The notes under the pieces: generated by a model | Told to the model about the DNA's origin: nothing | The model's database searches: none | The model's input: only the letters and a program-made list of their open reading frames with translations | From: Squalus acanthias | Lineage: Eukaryota | Reading direction: 5' to 3' | DNA length: 64,000 nt | NCBI GenBank assembly: GCA_030390025.1 | Contig: CM059432.1 | Span: 44,518,001-44,582,000, forward strand | Position numbers and translations under genes: made by a program | Shown: piece after piece, positions 24,916 to 37,817 of the stretch | How positions within the stretch are numbered: position 1 is the stretch's first letter | How the letters are laid out: each line of letters starts with the position of its first letter

Positions 24916-25518
24916 ACATAAGTACATGAGATGCTCCCTTTCTTTATCTCTTTCTCTTTCTAACACTAGCGTAAGGCAAAACAAATTCAGACATGACACT
25001 ACTTTCATCTTCCCTGGAAACCTCTCTGTTCTCACTAATATAGGGTGGGATCATGACACAGTTCCCGAAAACTCACTTGCGTGCTGCATGTTCTTGCATT
25101 TTTGTTCTATGGCAGGCCTCAGGAAACAGCTGTTACTTCATCAATATCAAGACTGTAGGCCAAGGAAACCCAGAATAGAGGTGAGAGGGTGAAAACTGGA
25201 TCGGTGCCCCAAATTTCAAGACATTGACTGCAGAGCAGTCGATTCTCTTTGGCTCCTTCATAATCCTACTTCTGCCGCTGCTGCACAGTGATTCAGTTCC
25301 GGAGAGAAAAATTATGCAGCATGCAGCACAAAGCTATAACGTTAATGCCCTTTTGAAGTTTTACACCAGCATTCCACCAGACAAATCCAGGCAGAAGAAT
25401 TATTGGTTGAGCAGTCTGTAGTGTGTTCTATTTGACTCCTTGTAAAGGCATATGCTTCATTATATTTTCGTTTAGCTAATGTTATGGGATTCCACACCAA
25501 TGTCATTATCCAGAGCTG

Positions 25519-25594
25519 AGAGGTCGCACAACACCAGGTTATAGTCCAACAGTTTTATTTGAAATCACCCCAGTCCAACACCGGCATCTCCGCA
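25519..25594. mobile_element. 76-bp Penelope-type insertion
   Basis: Perfect 16-bp TSD TCATTATCCAGAGCTG (25503-25518 / 25595-25610). The first half is the reverse complement of about 12842-12883. Confidence 0.75.
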
Positions 25595-28070
25595 TCATTA
25601 TCCAGAGCTGCAGAGAACCTATACAAGTGACTCCTTATATAGGCACGGGTCTGCTGAGCCCTCCTCTAATGCATGCAAACTTGCCTCTGCTCCTGGCTGA
25701 ATAATTACTCTGCATCCTCTATCTTCCTGAGTGCAAGAGGAATCCCCAAGGTACACCGAGACTGTTGCTTATGTTAAGCAAAGTGAATTGAACAGTAGGG
25801 ATGAAGAAGAGTGGCCAACTGTTGTCTCCAGGTTTGGGGTCACGGCCTGAAAGACTCCTGAAATGCTTTATATCCTGCTTAGATTGGTCTATGAGGTGGG
25901 CTGATCTGCTTGTCTATCAGCACTTTTGGCAAAACTGCCAATGACACTCCCAAGGATCCATCCGGCACCAAATTCCCCATGTCCTACATCTCATGAGCAT
26001 CCATGGTATGCCCACATCATGGTGCACCACCAAACCCATGTAGGTTAAGTGACCCCGCCCAGTCCCCGGATACTCCGGTGGGGGTCAAGAGCTCGCACTG
26101 TCGCATTTCTCCCAATGAATGGGTTCTGGATTTTTGGCCCCTTTTTGCCACAATCACAATACGTGAATAAATCTGTTTGGTATATTAGTCTGTTACGAAG
26201 GCGTTTGGAGGGAACAATATTATTAATCCACTGAAGTGACGGGTGTGTGGTGGTAATTCTATGTGTAAAGCTATTACAAGTCTATTGTTTTCCAGGACAT
26301 CCTATTCCAGATTACCTTGTGCACGAGGTAAGGTAACACTTTGGTTCATAGGGAGTGCTTTCCTATGCGAGTTGACTTTTATGCTGGGCTTGATAAAGGT
26401 ATCTTGTAAAAGCCTGAATCATAACAATGGCATCTAACAAAATGTGGTCATGACAGGCAAGGTATTTCTAGTAATTGCCTCAGTTAATGTGTGCCACTAA
26501 GGTTAATATTGTGATGAGAAGTTGCATACTGGGAAGCAGCAACCATAAGCTGCTGACGACTGGAGAACACTAAGGTGTAAAAGGCTCAGTTGTTCTTGTG
26601 AAAACTTAATCCTGGGAAAGGGGAAGCCGCTATCATGGGGCACCAGAGCCTTGAGAAGAATAGCAGTTTAAGCAATGGCTCTGCTTTGAGAGGGGGTGAG
26701 TGCTCATGTGAAGCTGCTGTTTGTGAGAAATGGATTGTACAGTGATGCACCTGAGTCAAGACAGCAGCTTCTGCAAATCTGCAGGTCAATGAGGTATGAA
26801 GGAACTACTCCTGAAGGAAAAGAACTCATGAATAATGTGACTGAAGAAGATTGTCTGTTGTGGGGAACAGTGACTTCTGTATTTTGCTATTGCTAAGGAC
26901 TTGTCTCTCGAGTGGAGAGATTACAGCATGTGTGGGAGGCAGATTTATTTTTCTATTTGCCATTGTTTCAACTATCTCCGGTAACTTTTCCAAAGTGGAA
27001 AATCAGGAAAACGCTCAATGGCCATCCTTGGCTTCACTTAAGCAGTGTCATTACTGTCAGTAAGAAAATCTTAGTGAAAGATTGAGAGGCCAGTATATTT
27101 TTACATGTCGATGTAATGGTAAATCTGGCATGTGGTTGTGATGACATGGCATCTGGAAGAGAGAAAGCCTATAACTTGGTCTGTAGAATTATGGATGCAG
27201 GATGCAATTATTCTGCTCAATCATTATCTGCGGCTGACCTATGGGTGTCTCCCAGGCGAGCACTTGGAAAATAATTTTCGCTAAGTTGAGATTCAGCTGG
27301 TGATGTACCAGAGTTCCACACGCCCAAGCAAAGAGGTTATTTGATAATATATTCTACCTCAGTGAATGATTCATGCTGCTTTGTTGAACTTTGTCGGAAG
27401 TATTCTCACCAGTATTCCCATTTCTCTTTTCATTATATTCCATCCTTAATTACATTTCCAGAAATGTTGACATTTTAAAGAAGAAGAGGGTGGATACTTC
27501 CTCCTTTGCCAATCTGCACTCCCACGCTGCTGTTCAAGCTTACATATCACGACAACATGTGATGGTAATTACTTGACTAAGCAAGGAATTTAAAACGCTG
27601 TATTATTCAATTTACGTCAGATCTGTGGCAGTAATTTAAAAGGAATGTTTATCATTATTAACATAACCATTGTGTGATTTTTCTTATTACTGTACACTCT
27701 ATGATAAAATATATAAAAGTGTGAGTGTGTGAATAAGGTAGTCGAGAATATCTTGAATGCTATTTTCAGGCCGTTCTATTCTGTTAAGTACAGGTAGCCT
27801 CTTTTAATCATAGCATCATGTCTGTGACATGTTTAGCAAACACTCCATGAAGAATATTTCCCAGTCCTGGTGCTTGGGCTGCAAAACTGAGATTTGTGCT
27901 TATCCGATTCTGCAACAACATTCTGGATTAGCCCTACTTATGTATTCAGGTAGAGCTCCCAGCTTGGATTGAGCCTCTTGCCAAAGATGGGACAAGTGGT
28001 TGTAGAATATTCATTGCCACTCTAAAAAGCTACAGCAGGCATTCAAAGGGTGATTTTTCTTTTCTCTACA

Positions 28071-28295
28071 GCAAGAACTTCAGATTCAGGAAATGAGTGC
28101 AGAACAATGACGCAGCTGCGGAGTTGCTCTTTCATGAAGTGGGACAAACGAGGGTTGTCCTGTTTGGCACTGCATGGCATCTTCCCCACTGGTGGTCTAG
28201 ACTGTGCAGAAAGAGGGCAGACACTGTCCAACATTCAGAGGACTTGGGAGCAGATGAAGTTAAATTTTGCTCGGCTCAGAAAATCTGCAAAAGCA
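28071..28295 (+). pseudogene. Highly diverged Myb/SANT-like exon relic
   Basis: NDAAAELLFHEVGQTRVVLFG in one frame and IQRTWEQMKLNFARLRKSAK in another parallel the Harbinger Myb exon 1. Preceded by a strong acceptor tttttcttttctctacag. Confidence 0.5.
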
Positions 28296-28639
28296 TTTCT
28301 CCATACAAAGATGACAGAAAAAGAGAAAAGAATGCATGCCACAAAGAGCTTCCTCTCAACCTGTTAAATCTTGACTCTGACCACATGCAAAGCACTTTGA
28401 CAACCTTACATTTCTTTTCTAGCTTTGCGTGCATACCCATACTGCAGCAGGGTAAAGGTTCTAGCTGAAACGTACCTTTATAAAAATGTGCCCCAAAAAG
28501 AAGTTTCCAAATAAAAAAACTAAATGCATGGTGCATATTCATTTACATGGAGTTTGTACAGTGTATACAGGACTCCTTTCTCACTCAGTACACAAGGAGT
28601 CCAACAAGAAAAGAATCACTGCTTTGGGTAATGAACCAG

Positions 28640-31600
28640 AATAGATAGGAGAAGTAAGATTAGAGGAGCATCTTAGTAGTGGTGATCACAACACAATAAG
28701 GTTCAAGATTAGGATAAAGAGTGAGATAAGTAGGACAAAGAGTAAGGTAATAGTTTGGAAAAAAGCAACTTATGAGGAAATGAGGGTGGAACTAAAGACT
28801 GGGAGAAAATCTTGAAAAACAAAGAGACAGAAAAACAGTTGGAAATTTTTAAAAGGGTAATCAATATGTAGAATTCGCAATATATCGCGATTTTATTAAT
28901 AAGGAGAAAACACAGAGTTTCGTTCAAACAGCTTTTATTTCAGCAGAATGCTGCCAGGTTTAAAGTGGACACAAGCAGCCTGTAAAATGGCCGCCGCACC
29001 TCGTGACAGAACATTCTAGACTTTTCAACAGGCAGACAAGATGGCGTTCCAATAAACATTTGTGCAAGATCGATTAAGATTCAGCACAGTGAAGATAATA
29101 CACGAGACATTATGGGTTTGCAGTATACACATAAATACTGAAATCGGTCTCCCAGGTACAAATGAAAGCCATTGTACCGAGTAATCAAGGGCCCATCCAA
29201 AAGACATTAATATGTAAAATCCCAACGACTCTACGATGAGAGAGCCGTTAACAGGTAGTTATACAAAACACTTGGAAGCCCCACAACCCCTCCAGGGAGA
29301 ACACCGACCGATTTAACAATGGGAGAAATATTAACAGGTACTCAGACATTTACGAGTAGCCCCGAAACCCATTAAGAACGGAGATCACCCATACAAGACA
29401 TTTGAGCGCCAGACCCTAAACAAAAGAATGGACATTAAGGTTGGGCGGGAAACGGAAGATTTTGCACTATAATTGCAGGCTCCAAACCGTCCATCTTTCT
29501 CTTATCCGATCGACTCGTAACCTCGTGGCTGCTCCTGTGTACTCGTAGTCGGGCTCCTGCTTGCCTGTTGACTCTTTGAAAAGGACTGTTGAACTTTCTG
29601 ATCCGTTCGGATCTACCTCGTGTCGCGTAACGAAGACCTATGTTGGTAACTGGCAGCAGAACCAAAGGCCCGAGATGAGATGAGATGAGATGAGATGAGA
29701 TGAGAAGAGAGGAAGACCATATTCATCGCCACGGTCAGTAAATCCCGACCGCGCCTGTAGGTCGAACAGCCAAGTTTTCCTTGCCAGGAAGACTTCTTCG
29801 AACTTGCAAAGAACATATCACATCGATGATATTGACAACTGTGCTCGGAAAAGTACCTGTTAAACCAACCAACACAGGTCTTCATCACAGCAGACGGTCC
29901 AGCCTGCTAGCCGGAGCAGCAGAAGCAAGTAAACAAGTGGGACCAGGAGATCTCCTGACCGACACGTGGGTGCTGCGGTGAAAAACATCCGATCAGCTAT
30001 TCGGAATTTCTCCGAGTTATCACGAGTGGTGAGCATGAGTCTCGAAATCCTACGAATCTAGTTAGGATAGATATTGATAGGGGAGGGTTTAAGGATTAAG
30101 GATATTTGTAATGTGTGCCCCTATTTACGGTGTGCCGTTCGTTCCTCGTTTCCCTAAGATCGACTATATAACTGCTTGTAAGATTGTACTGTCATTAATC
30201 TGTGCTTATGACATGTATTTCATAATCTTAAGTATCATGCAATAAAGATTTTCCATTTCGTACCATTCAACCGAGTCTACATGAGTTTCATCTCCATTAC
30301 TGCTCTCGCATCTAAGTCCAGTGTCTAGAACCGTAAGGGCGAGTGATTCGAACCACTCACAGGTGTGTCTAGTGTTCCCAGACTGGCTGGAGACCAGAAC
30401 AGGCAACAAGGCCTAGACCCGCACTGACATACAGGCTGCACAGAGCCGCGTGAACCTCACAGGCTGCGAGACACGCAGGGTCAGAATCCCTTACAAATAG
30501 AGTTCAAGAGAAATGTATTCCACTAAAAGCTGAAAACAAGCAAGCTAATTATGGGGCACCAAGGATGAATAAAGAACTGAAGAGATAATTGATTCTAAAG
30601 AAAAAGACTTATAAGAAGTACTTGGATATTAAAGGAGAGGAGGACAAAAGGGAATACAAAGAACTTTGGAGAGAAGTTAAAAAAAAAATCAGGAAGGCAA
30701 GGAGAAATTATGAAATCAAATTACCAAAGAATATAAAAGGAAATAATAAAGTGTTCGATAGACACATAAATAACAAAAGGAAAATGAAAGTAGGAATAGG
30801 GCCACTAAAGGATGAGCAAGTTGAACTCACAGGTAATGATAGAGAAATGGAAGAAGTATTGAATAACTACTTCGCCTCAGTTTTTTCTAAAGAAGATAAT
30901 GAAATCGACACTTCACTAGAGGATGAGCTTAAAAAGAATATTAATACAGTTGGGATAGAAAGGGAGAAAATAATTGACAAATGAGCAAAACTAAAAGAGG
31001 ATAAAACCCCAGGTCTGGATGGTATGTACCCACGCATACTCAAGGAAAATAGGGAGGAGATAGCAGTGGCATTAGTTTATATATCTAAACATTTCATAGA
31101 AGAGGATTGGTGGACAACCAATGTTGTTCCTATATACAAAATCAGATATGGAACAAAACCTGGGAACTATAGACCAGTCAGCTTAATGTAAGTGGTAGGA
31201 AAGACACTGGAATCCATACTAAAAGTAATAGAAGAGCATTTAGAGACAGAAAATATAACAAAAAATTGTCAGTATGGATTCCGAAAGGCTAAGTCATACT
31301 TAACTAACCTGATAGAATTCTTCGATGAGGTAATGGAAAGAGTAGACAAGGGTAATGCAGTAGATGTCATACACTTGGATTTTCAAAAGGCCTTCAATAA
31401 GGTACCACACGATAGGCTCATGCCAAAGGTTAGGGCATGTGGAGTCAGGGGACAAATAACTGAATGAATAGCAAATTTGATTAAAAAAATCGAAAGCAGA
31501 GAGTAGGGGTAAAGGGTAGTTATTCAGATTGGAGGAAGATAGAAAGCGGTGTTCCAATAGGATCAGTGCTGGCCCAACTGTTATTTAGATTTAGATTAAT

Positions 31601-31743
31601 GATTTGGACTTAGGAACAAGTAATTCAATATCAAAAACTGGGGGGTATACCTAACACTGAGGAAGAAGGCAACATAATACAAGAAAACATTAAAACTTGC
31701 AGACTGGGCAGTTAAGTGGCAAACAAACTTTAACATAGATAAA
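28640..31743 (+). mobile_element. Degenerate CR1 ORF2 split by a solo LTR
   Basis: KRVIN|RVQEKCIPLK is continuous across the LTR; LNNYFASVFSKE, LDFQKAFNKVPH. Confidence 0.85.
28867..30495 (-). mobile_element. 1.63-kb solo LTR (Gypsy or ERV type)
   Basis: Minus-strand termini TGTAAG...CTACA, 4-bp TSD AATA, AATAAA near the minus-strand 3' end (about 28937), CpG-rich, internal (GATGA)n at about 29672-29704. Confidence 0.8.
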
Positions 31744-32825
31744 TCTGCGCTGTACTCCTTCCAAGGCCATTATATCCTTTCTAAGATGTGGTGCCCAGAA
31801 CTGAACATAGTACTCCAGATGTAGTTTAACCAGGGCTTTGTATAGCTGTAGCAAAACATAAGAACATAAGAAATAAGAGCAGGAGTAGGCCATTCGGCCC
31901 TTCGAGTCTGCTCCACCATTCAATGAGATCATGGCTGATCTTCTGCCTCAACTCCATTCACTAGCCCTATCGCCATATCCCTTGATGCCCTTACTAGTCA
32001 GAAATCTATAGACTTCTGTTTTGAATATACCCAATGACTGAGCCTCCACAGCCCTCTGGGGTAGAGAATTCCAAAGATTCACCACCCTCTGTGTGAAGAA
32101 ATTTCTTCTCATCTCAGTCCTGAATGGCCTACCCTTTATCCTCAGGCTGTGGCCCCTGGTTCTAGACTCCCCAGTCAAGGGAAACATTCTCCCAGATTCC
32201 ACCCTATCAAGCCCTGTAATAATTTTGTATGCTTCAATGAGATCCCCTCTCATTCTTCTGAATTCAAGAGAATACAGGCCTAGTTTACTCAATCTCTTCT
32301 CTTACGAAAGTCCCGCCATCCCAGGAATTAATCTTGTGATCCTTCGTTGCACTCCCTCTATGGGAACATCCTGCTTTTTATATTCTAGCCCTCTAGATAT
32401 AAAGGCTAACATTCCAATAGCCTTTTTGATTCATTTTTATACCCAACCACAACATTTTAGTGATCTGTGTAGATGGACCCCTGAATCTCTTTGGATCTCC
32501 ACTGTTCCTAGGTTTTCACAATTTAAAAAATACTTGGATCAAACCTTTTTTGTCCAAAATGGATGACCTCACACTTACCTGCGTTGAAATCCATTTGCCA
32601 CAGTTTTGCCCACTCACTTAATCTATCGATCTCATTATAATTTTATGCTTCCGTCCCAGGGGCCAATCTTTCTGTCATCGGCAAACTTAGATATATGGCT
32701 CTCTATTGTGCTATCTAAGTCATTAATAAATATAGTGAATAGTTGAGGCCCCGGCACAGATCCTTGTGGGATACCACTAGTCACTTCCTTCCAATTCGAG
32801 TACATACTTATTATTCCCACTCTCT
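31744..32825 (-). mobile_element. CR1 RT fragments with a younger CR1 3' end (about 31855-32360) nested inside
   Basis: SGIPQGSVPGP..KFADD; LYSLEFRRMRGDLIE..FFTQRVV plus a (TAAGAACA)n tail. Confidence 0.8.
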
Positions 32826-33582
32826 GGCCGGAATTTTCCGGGGTGGTAGCGGGCACGATCGGAGGCGGGTCGGGTGGGAAAGTTATTTTTGGGAGCGGGT
32901 CGGGAACCCACTGTCATCCCGCTCCCATGCGCCTTTCCCCCAGGGGACCCGACCCGACCGGCAGAGGCAGGCGACCCAATTTAAAGTATTAGTAACTTGT
33001 TGTCAGACCCTTAAGAGTGGTTTTAACCTTGCCTTTTAAATTTAACTGGATGGCCACGGGAAACATGCTGCTCGGGAACCACGTCTGTCAACCTCAGGCT
33101 GGAGTTCAGTGGCCATTGCTCCAGCTGATTAGTTGACAGAATCAAATGTATTATAAAAGTTTCCACCTGACAGATGATCACTTTCCTCAGGCAGCAGTTG
33201 TTTCTCACTGCATTCCCAGCACAGATTCTTTCCAGCAAAGTCTCCATCCAGTGTCACCTCATTGGAAGAACCTCTCTCACCACTGATAGATTGTTGGTGT
33301 TGCTGTGAGGTGGTGCCAATCTGGTGCATCATGTGGCAGCCATATGGATGTACCGCATAAAATGAAGTAAATCTGGCCATGATGAGGCCATCCCTGGCCT
33401 CCTAGGCAGCAATGTGCTCGTGTACTGATGCCTTTTGCCCTGTGCAGCATCAGGTGATTGCAGAGAAGGTTGGTGGTGGTGTTGTTGCTGCTGGTGTACC
33501 TGGTGCTGCTGGTGTTGGGGCTGATCGTGGTCTGATTCTGAGGACCAAGGTGAGACAGTATAAACGGCACCCATGCTGATGG

Positions 33583-34670
33583 AATAGAACATAGAACATA
33601 GAACATAGAACAGTACAGCACAGTACAGGCCCTTCGGCCCTCGATGTTGTGCCGAGCATTGTCCGAGACCAAGATCAAGCTATCACACTCCCTATCACTC
33701 TGGTGTGCTCCATGTGCTTATCCAATAACCGCTTGAAAGTTCCTAAAGTGTCCGACTCCACTATCACAGCAGGCAGTCCATTCCACACCCCAACCACTCT
33801 CTGAGTAAAGAATCTACCTCGGACATCCCTTCTATATCTCCCCCCATGCACCTTATAGTTATGCCCCCTTGTAGCAGCTGCCTCTACCCGAGGAAATAGT
33901 ATCTGAACATCCACTCTATCTATCCCCCTCATCATCTTATAAACCTCTATTAAGTCGCCTCTCATCCTCCTCCGCTCTAAAGAGAAAAGCCCCAACTCCC
34001 TCAATCTTTCCTCATAAGACCTCCCCCCCAAACCAGGCAGCATCCTGGTAAATCTCCTTTGCACTCTTTCCAATGCTTCTACGTCCTTCCTATAGTGAGG
34101 TGACCAGAACTGCACACAATATTCCAAATGTGGTCTCACCAAGGTCCTGTACAGTTGCAGCATAACCTCACAGTTCTTAAACTCAAACCCTCTGTTAATA
34201 AATGCCAACACACCATAGGCCTTCTTTACTGCTCTATCCACTTGAGTGGCAACCTTCAGAGATCTGTGGATATGAACCCCCAGATCCCTCTGCTCCTCCA
34301 CGTTCCTCAGAACCCTGCCGTTGACCCTGTAATCCTTATTCAAATTTGCCCTACCAAAATGAATCACCTCGCACTTATCAGGGTTAAATTCCATCTGCCA
34401 TTTTTCGGCCCAGCTCTGCATCCTATCAATGTCTCTTTGCAGCCTACAACTGCCCTCCACCTCATCCACTACTCCACCAATCTTGGTGTCATCAGCAAAT
34501 TTACTGATCCACCCTTCAGTCCCCTCCTCCAAGTCATTGATAAAAATCACAAACAGCAGAGGACCCAGCACCGACCCCTGTGGCACACCGCTGGTAACTG
34601 GTCTCCAGTCCGAAAATGTTCCATCCACCACCACCCTCTGCCTTCTATGAGATAGCCAGTTACTTATAGA
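33583..34670 (-). mobile_element. Young 5'-truncated CR1 with an uninterrupted RT/C-terminal frame
   Basis: ORF 34700-33675 is open through SGVPQGSVLGP, KFADDTK and YCVQFWSP; (TAGAACA)n tail. Confidence 0.9.
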
Positions 34671-34814
34671 TGGCAGGTGAAGTAGAAATGACAGAAGCAA
34701 TCTGTCAATGATGTGATAGGTTCTACCAATGAGGTGACACTGGATGGCGAGTTGCAGCCTCTAGCAAGCTAAATCTGTGCTGGCAATGCACTTAGCAACA
34801 TCTTATCATGATCA

Positions 34815-36477
34815 GCGATCTCCCCTCATGACCTCTCCACGCTCATCTTGTCCAAGAGACCCACTTCCTGCTCTCTCGACCCTATTGATCACCCAACTTC
34901 CTTTTCTGGCTCCCATGTTAGCTGACATTGTTAATGGTTCTCTCTCCTCAGGTACTGTCCCTCCCTCCCTCAAATCTGCAGTCATCACCCCTCTCCTCAA
35001 AAAAACAACCCTTGACCCCTCCATCCTTGCAAACTACCACCCCATCTCCAACGTCCCTTTCCTCTCCAAAGTCCTTGAATGTGTTGTCGCCTCCCAAATC
35101 CGTGCCCATCTTTCCCTCAACTCCATGTTTGAATCCCTCCAATCAAGTTTCCTTGCCACAGTACCAAAACGGCTCTCATCAAAGTCACAAATGACATCCT
35201 TTGTGACTGTGACAAAGGTAAATTATCCTTCCTCGTCCTTCTTGACTTGTCTGCAGTCTTTGACACGGTTGGCCAATCCAACCTTCTCCAATGCCTCTCC
35301 ACTGTCGTCCAGATGGATGGGATTGTACTCGCCTGGTTCCATTCTTATCTATCTAATCATAGCCAGAGAATCACCTGCAACGGCTTCTATTCCCACTCCC
35401 ACATCGTTACCTTTGGTGTCCCCCAAAGATCTATCCCTGGCCTCCTCCTATTTCTCATCTACATGTTCCCCTAAGCAACAGCATCGAAAACACAATGTCA
35501 GTTTCCACATGTACGCTGACGACGCCCAGCTCTACCTCACCACCACTTCTCTCGACCCCTCCACGGTCTCTAAATTGTCAGACTGCTTGTCTGACATCCA
35601 GTTCTGGATGAGCAGAAATTTTCTCCAATTAAATATTGGGAAGACTGAAGCCATTGTTTTCGGTCCCCGCCACAAACTCCATTCCCTGGCCACTGACTCC
35701 ATCCCTCTCCCTACAGCTGTCTGAGGTTGAACCACACTGTTCGCAACCTTTGTGTCATATTTTACCCTGAAATTAACTTCCGACCCCATAGCCACAGCAT
35801 AACTAAGACCGCCTATTTCCACCTCTGTAACAGCGCCCGCCTCCGCCCTTGCCTTAGCTCATCCGCTGCTGAAAGCATCATCCATGCCTTTGTTACCTCT
35901 AGACTTGACTATTCCAACGCACTCCTAGCTGGCCTCCCTCATTCTACCCTATGTAAACCTGAGGTGATCCAAAACTCGGCTGCCCGTATCCTAACTCGCA
36001 CCAAGTCCCGTTCGCCCATCTGCCCTGTACTTGCTGACCTACATTGGCTCCCAGTTAAGCATGGCCTCGATTTCAAAATTCTCATCCTTGTTTTCAAATT
36101 CCTCCATGGCCTCGCCCCTCCCTATCTCTGTAATCTCCTTTAGCCCCACAACCCCCTGAGATATCTGCGCTCCTCTAATTCTGCCCTCTTGAGCATCCCT
36201 GATTAAAATCGCTCAACCATTGGTGGCCGTGCCTTCTGTTGCCTAGGCCCTAAGTTCTGGAATTCCCTGCCTAAACCTCTCCGCCTCTCTACCTCTCTTT
36301 CCTCCTTTAAGATGCTCCTTAAAACCTACATCTTTGACCAAGCTTTTGGTCACCTGCCCTAATATCTCCTTATGTGGCTCGGTGTCAAATTTTTTGTCTT
36401 ATAATACTCCTGTGAAGTGCCTTGGGACGTTTTACTACGTTAAAGGTGCTATATAAATACAAGTTGTTGTTGTTGTT
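34815..36477 (+). mobile_element. L2 LINE (RT plus 3' end)
   Basis: NYHPISNVPFLSKVLE, HMYADDAQLY, SRLDYSNALLAGLP, (TGT)n tail. Confidence 0.9.
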
Positions 36478-36970
36478 CTGCCTGAGGAAAGTGACCAGCT
36501 GTCAGGTGGGAATATTTATTGTGCTTTCCATGCTGTGCACTGATCAGCTGGATCAATGGCCACTGAGCTTCCGCCTCAGGTTGACAGATGTGGTTCCCGA
36601 GCTGCGTGATTCCCGTGGTCATCCAGTGAAATTTGAAAGGTAGGATTAAAAAGACTCTTAAGGGCCTGACAAGTACCTAATAATAATGAATTAAATTAGC
36701 GCTCCCGCCTCTGCTGTTCGGGTCGCTGCCGCGCCGGCAAATGCGCCCGAGGGAAAGGCGTGTGGGGACGGAATGTCGGCGGGTTCCCGACCCGCTGCAA
36801 GATATTTCAAATTTCCCACCCAACCCACCTCCGATTGCGCCCGCACAGACCCCAGAAAATTCCGGCCCGAGGTGTGACTCCCAATTTTTAACTCCTGGCC
36901 GCCAGTTTCTCAGGTCCAAAATGAATGGCCATGAGTTGAATTTCTCCCCGTTTCTTTTTGCTAAAACTAT

Positions 36971-37817
36971 GGGCTGGATTTTCAATGACCCGTGGAGTCG
37001 GGTTTGGAGGCGGGGGGGGGGGGGGTTAAAGTTGCAGAATCGGGGGTCCCGACCCCATCCCGCCTCCAACCCGCCTCCATGCCAGTTTCTCTGGCGGCGG
37101 GTACCCGACCTGTGCTGAAACCCGACTCCCCGAGGCGGGAAGGGATTAGTGACAATTAACTGCCTGTTAACAGGTAGTTAACAGGCAGTTTTTTGCATAA
37201 TCCCTATTTTCATTGCTGAAATGTGGGCTTCCCGACAGGTGGCAACCACGCCATGTTATCGGGGCGGGACTTGGGTCTGCAGGGGTTGGAGGGGTCAATA
37301 TGTCCGGTGGGCAGGTGAGTGATGGGTGCATGTGTGCAGAGGTAAGTGTGTAAGGTAAGTGCTAAGTGTTGGAAAAAGTTTTCTTACCTTAACTTCCTCC
37401 TGCAGGTGTCAGCCCTTCAGTTCTCGGAAGTTAGAAATCTCACCGGCACAGAAAGCAGGAAAGCTGTGGTTCTGTCAAAAACTGCAGCCTTCTGTTTTCT
37501 GTGCTGGAATGATTACTAACTCAGCCTGAGAGGAAGGACTGAAGTTAGAAATCATATTGTGAGTGTTTGACAGCTTCACAGAGCTGTCAAACACTGATAT
37601 TTCATCTGTCAAAAGCTCTTGACAGATGAAATGTCAATCTGTGACGTCACCTGTTGCCGGGTGGCCCTTAATTGGCCTGCTGAGCCCACTGGGCGGGCTC
37701 AACAAGGTCAATCAAGGGAAAATACAGTGGGTTGGCCACATCTCGATGGAGGCGGGTTCACAAGCCAGAATGTGTGATTCCCGACACCAACCCGACCCCA
37801 GATTCAAAATCCAGCCC
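36971..37817. mobile_element. Non-coding Harbinger MITE with element B-type ends
   Basis: Perfect 12-bp TIR GGGCTGGATTTT / AAAATCCAGCCC. Confidence 0.85.

Larger units (their letters stand above)
32825..36868. mobile_element. Fold-back Harbinger G with long inverted arms, containing nested CR1 and L2
   Basis: TIRs GGCCGGAATTTTCCGGGG and CCCCAGAAAATTCCGGCCC. 32826-33295 is the inverted homologue of 34699-34800 plus 36478-36868. Transposase 5' remnant MGAVYTVSPWSSESD at about 33575-33300. Confidence 0.75.

Noticed and set aside
34128..34655. Antisense ORFs over LINE and transposase sequences (also 1615-2001, 11103-11585, 57070-57585)
   Set aside because: Shadow frames of TE coding regions with no independent support.
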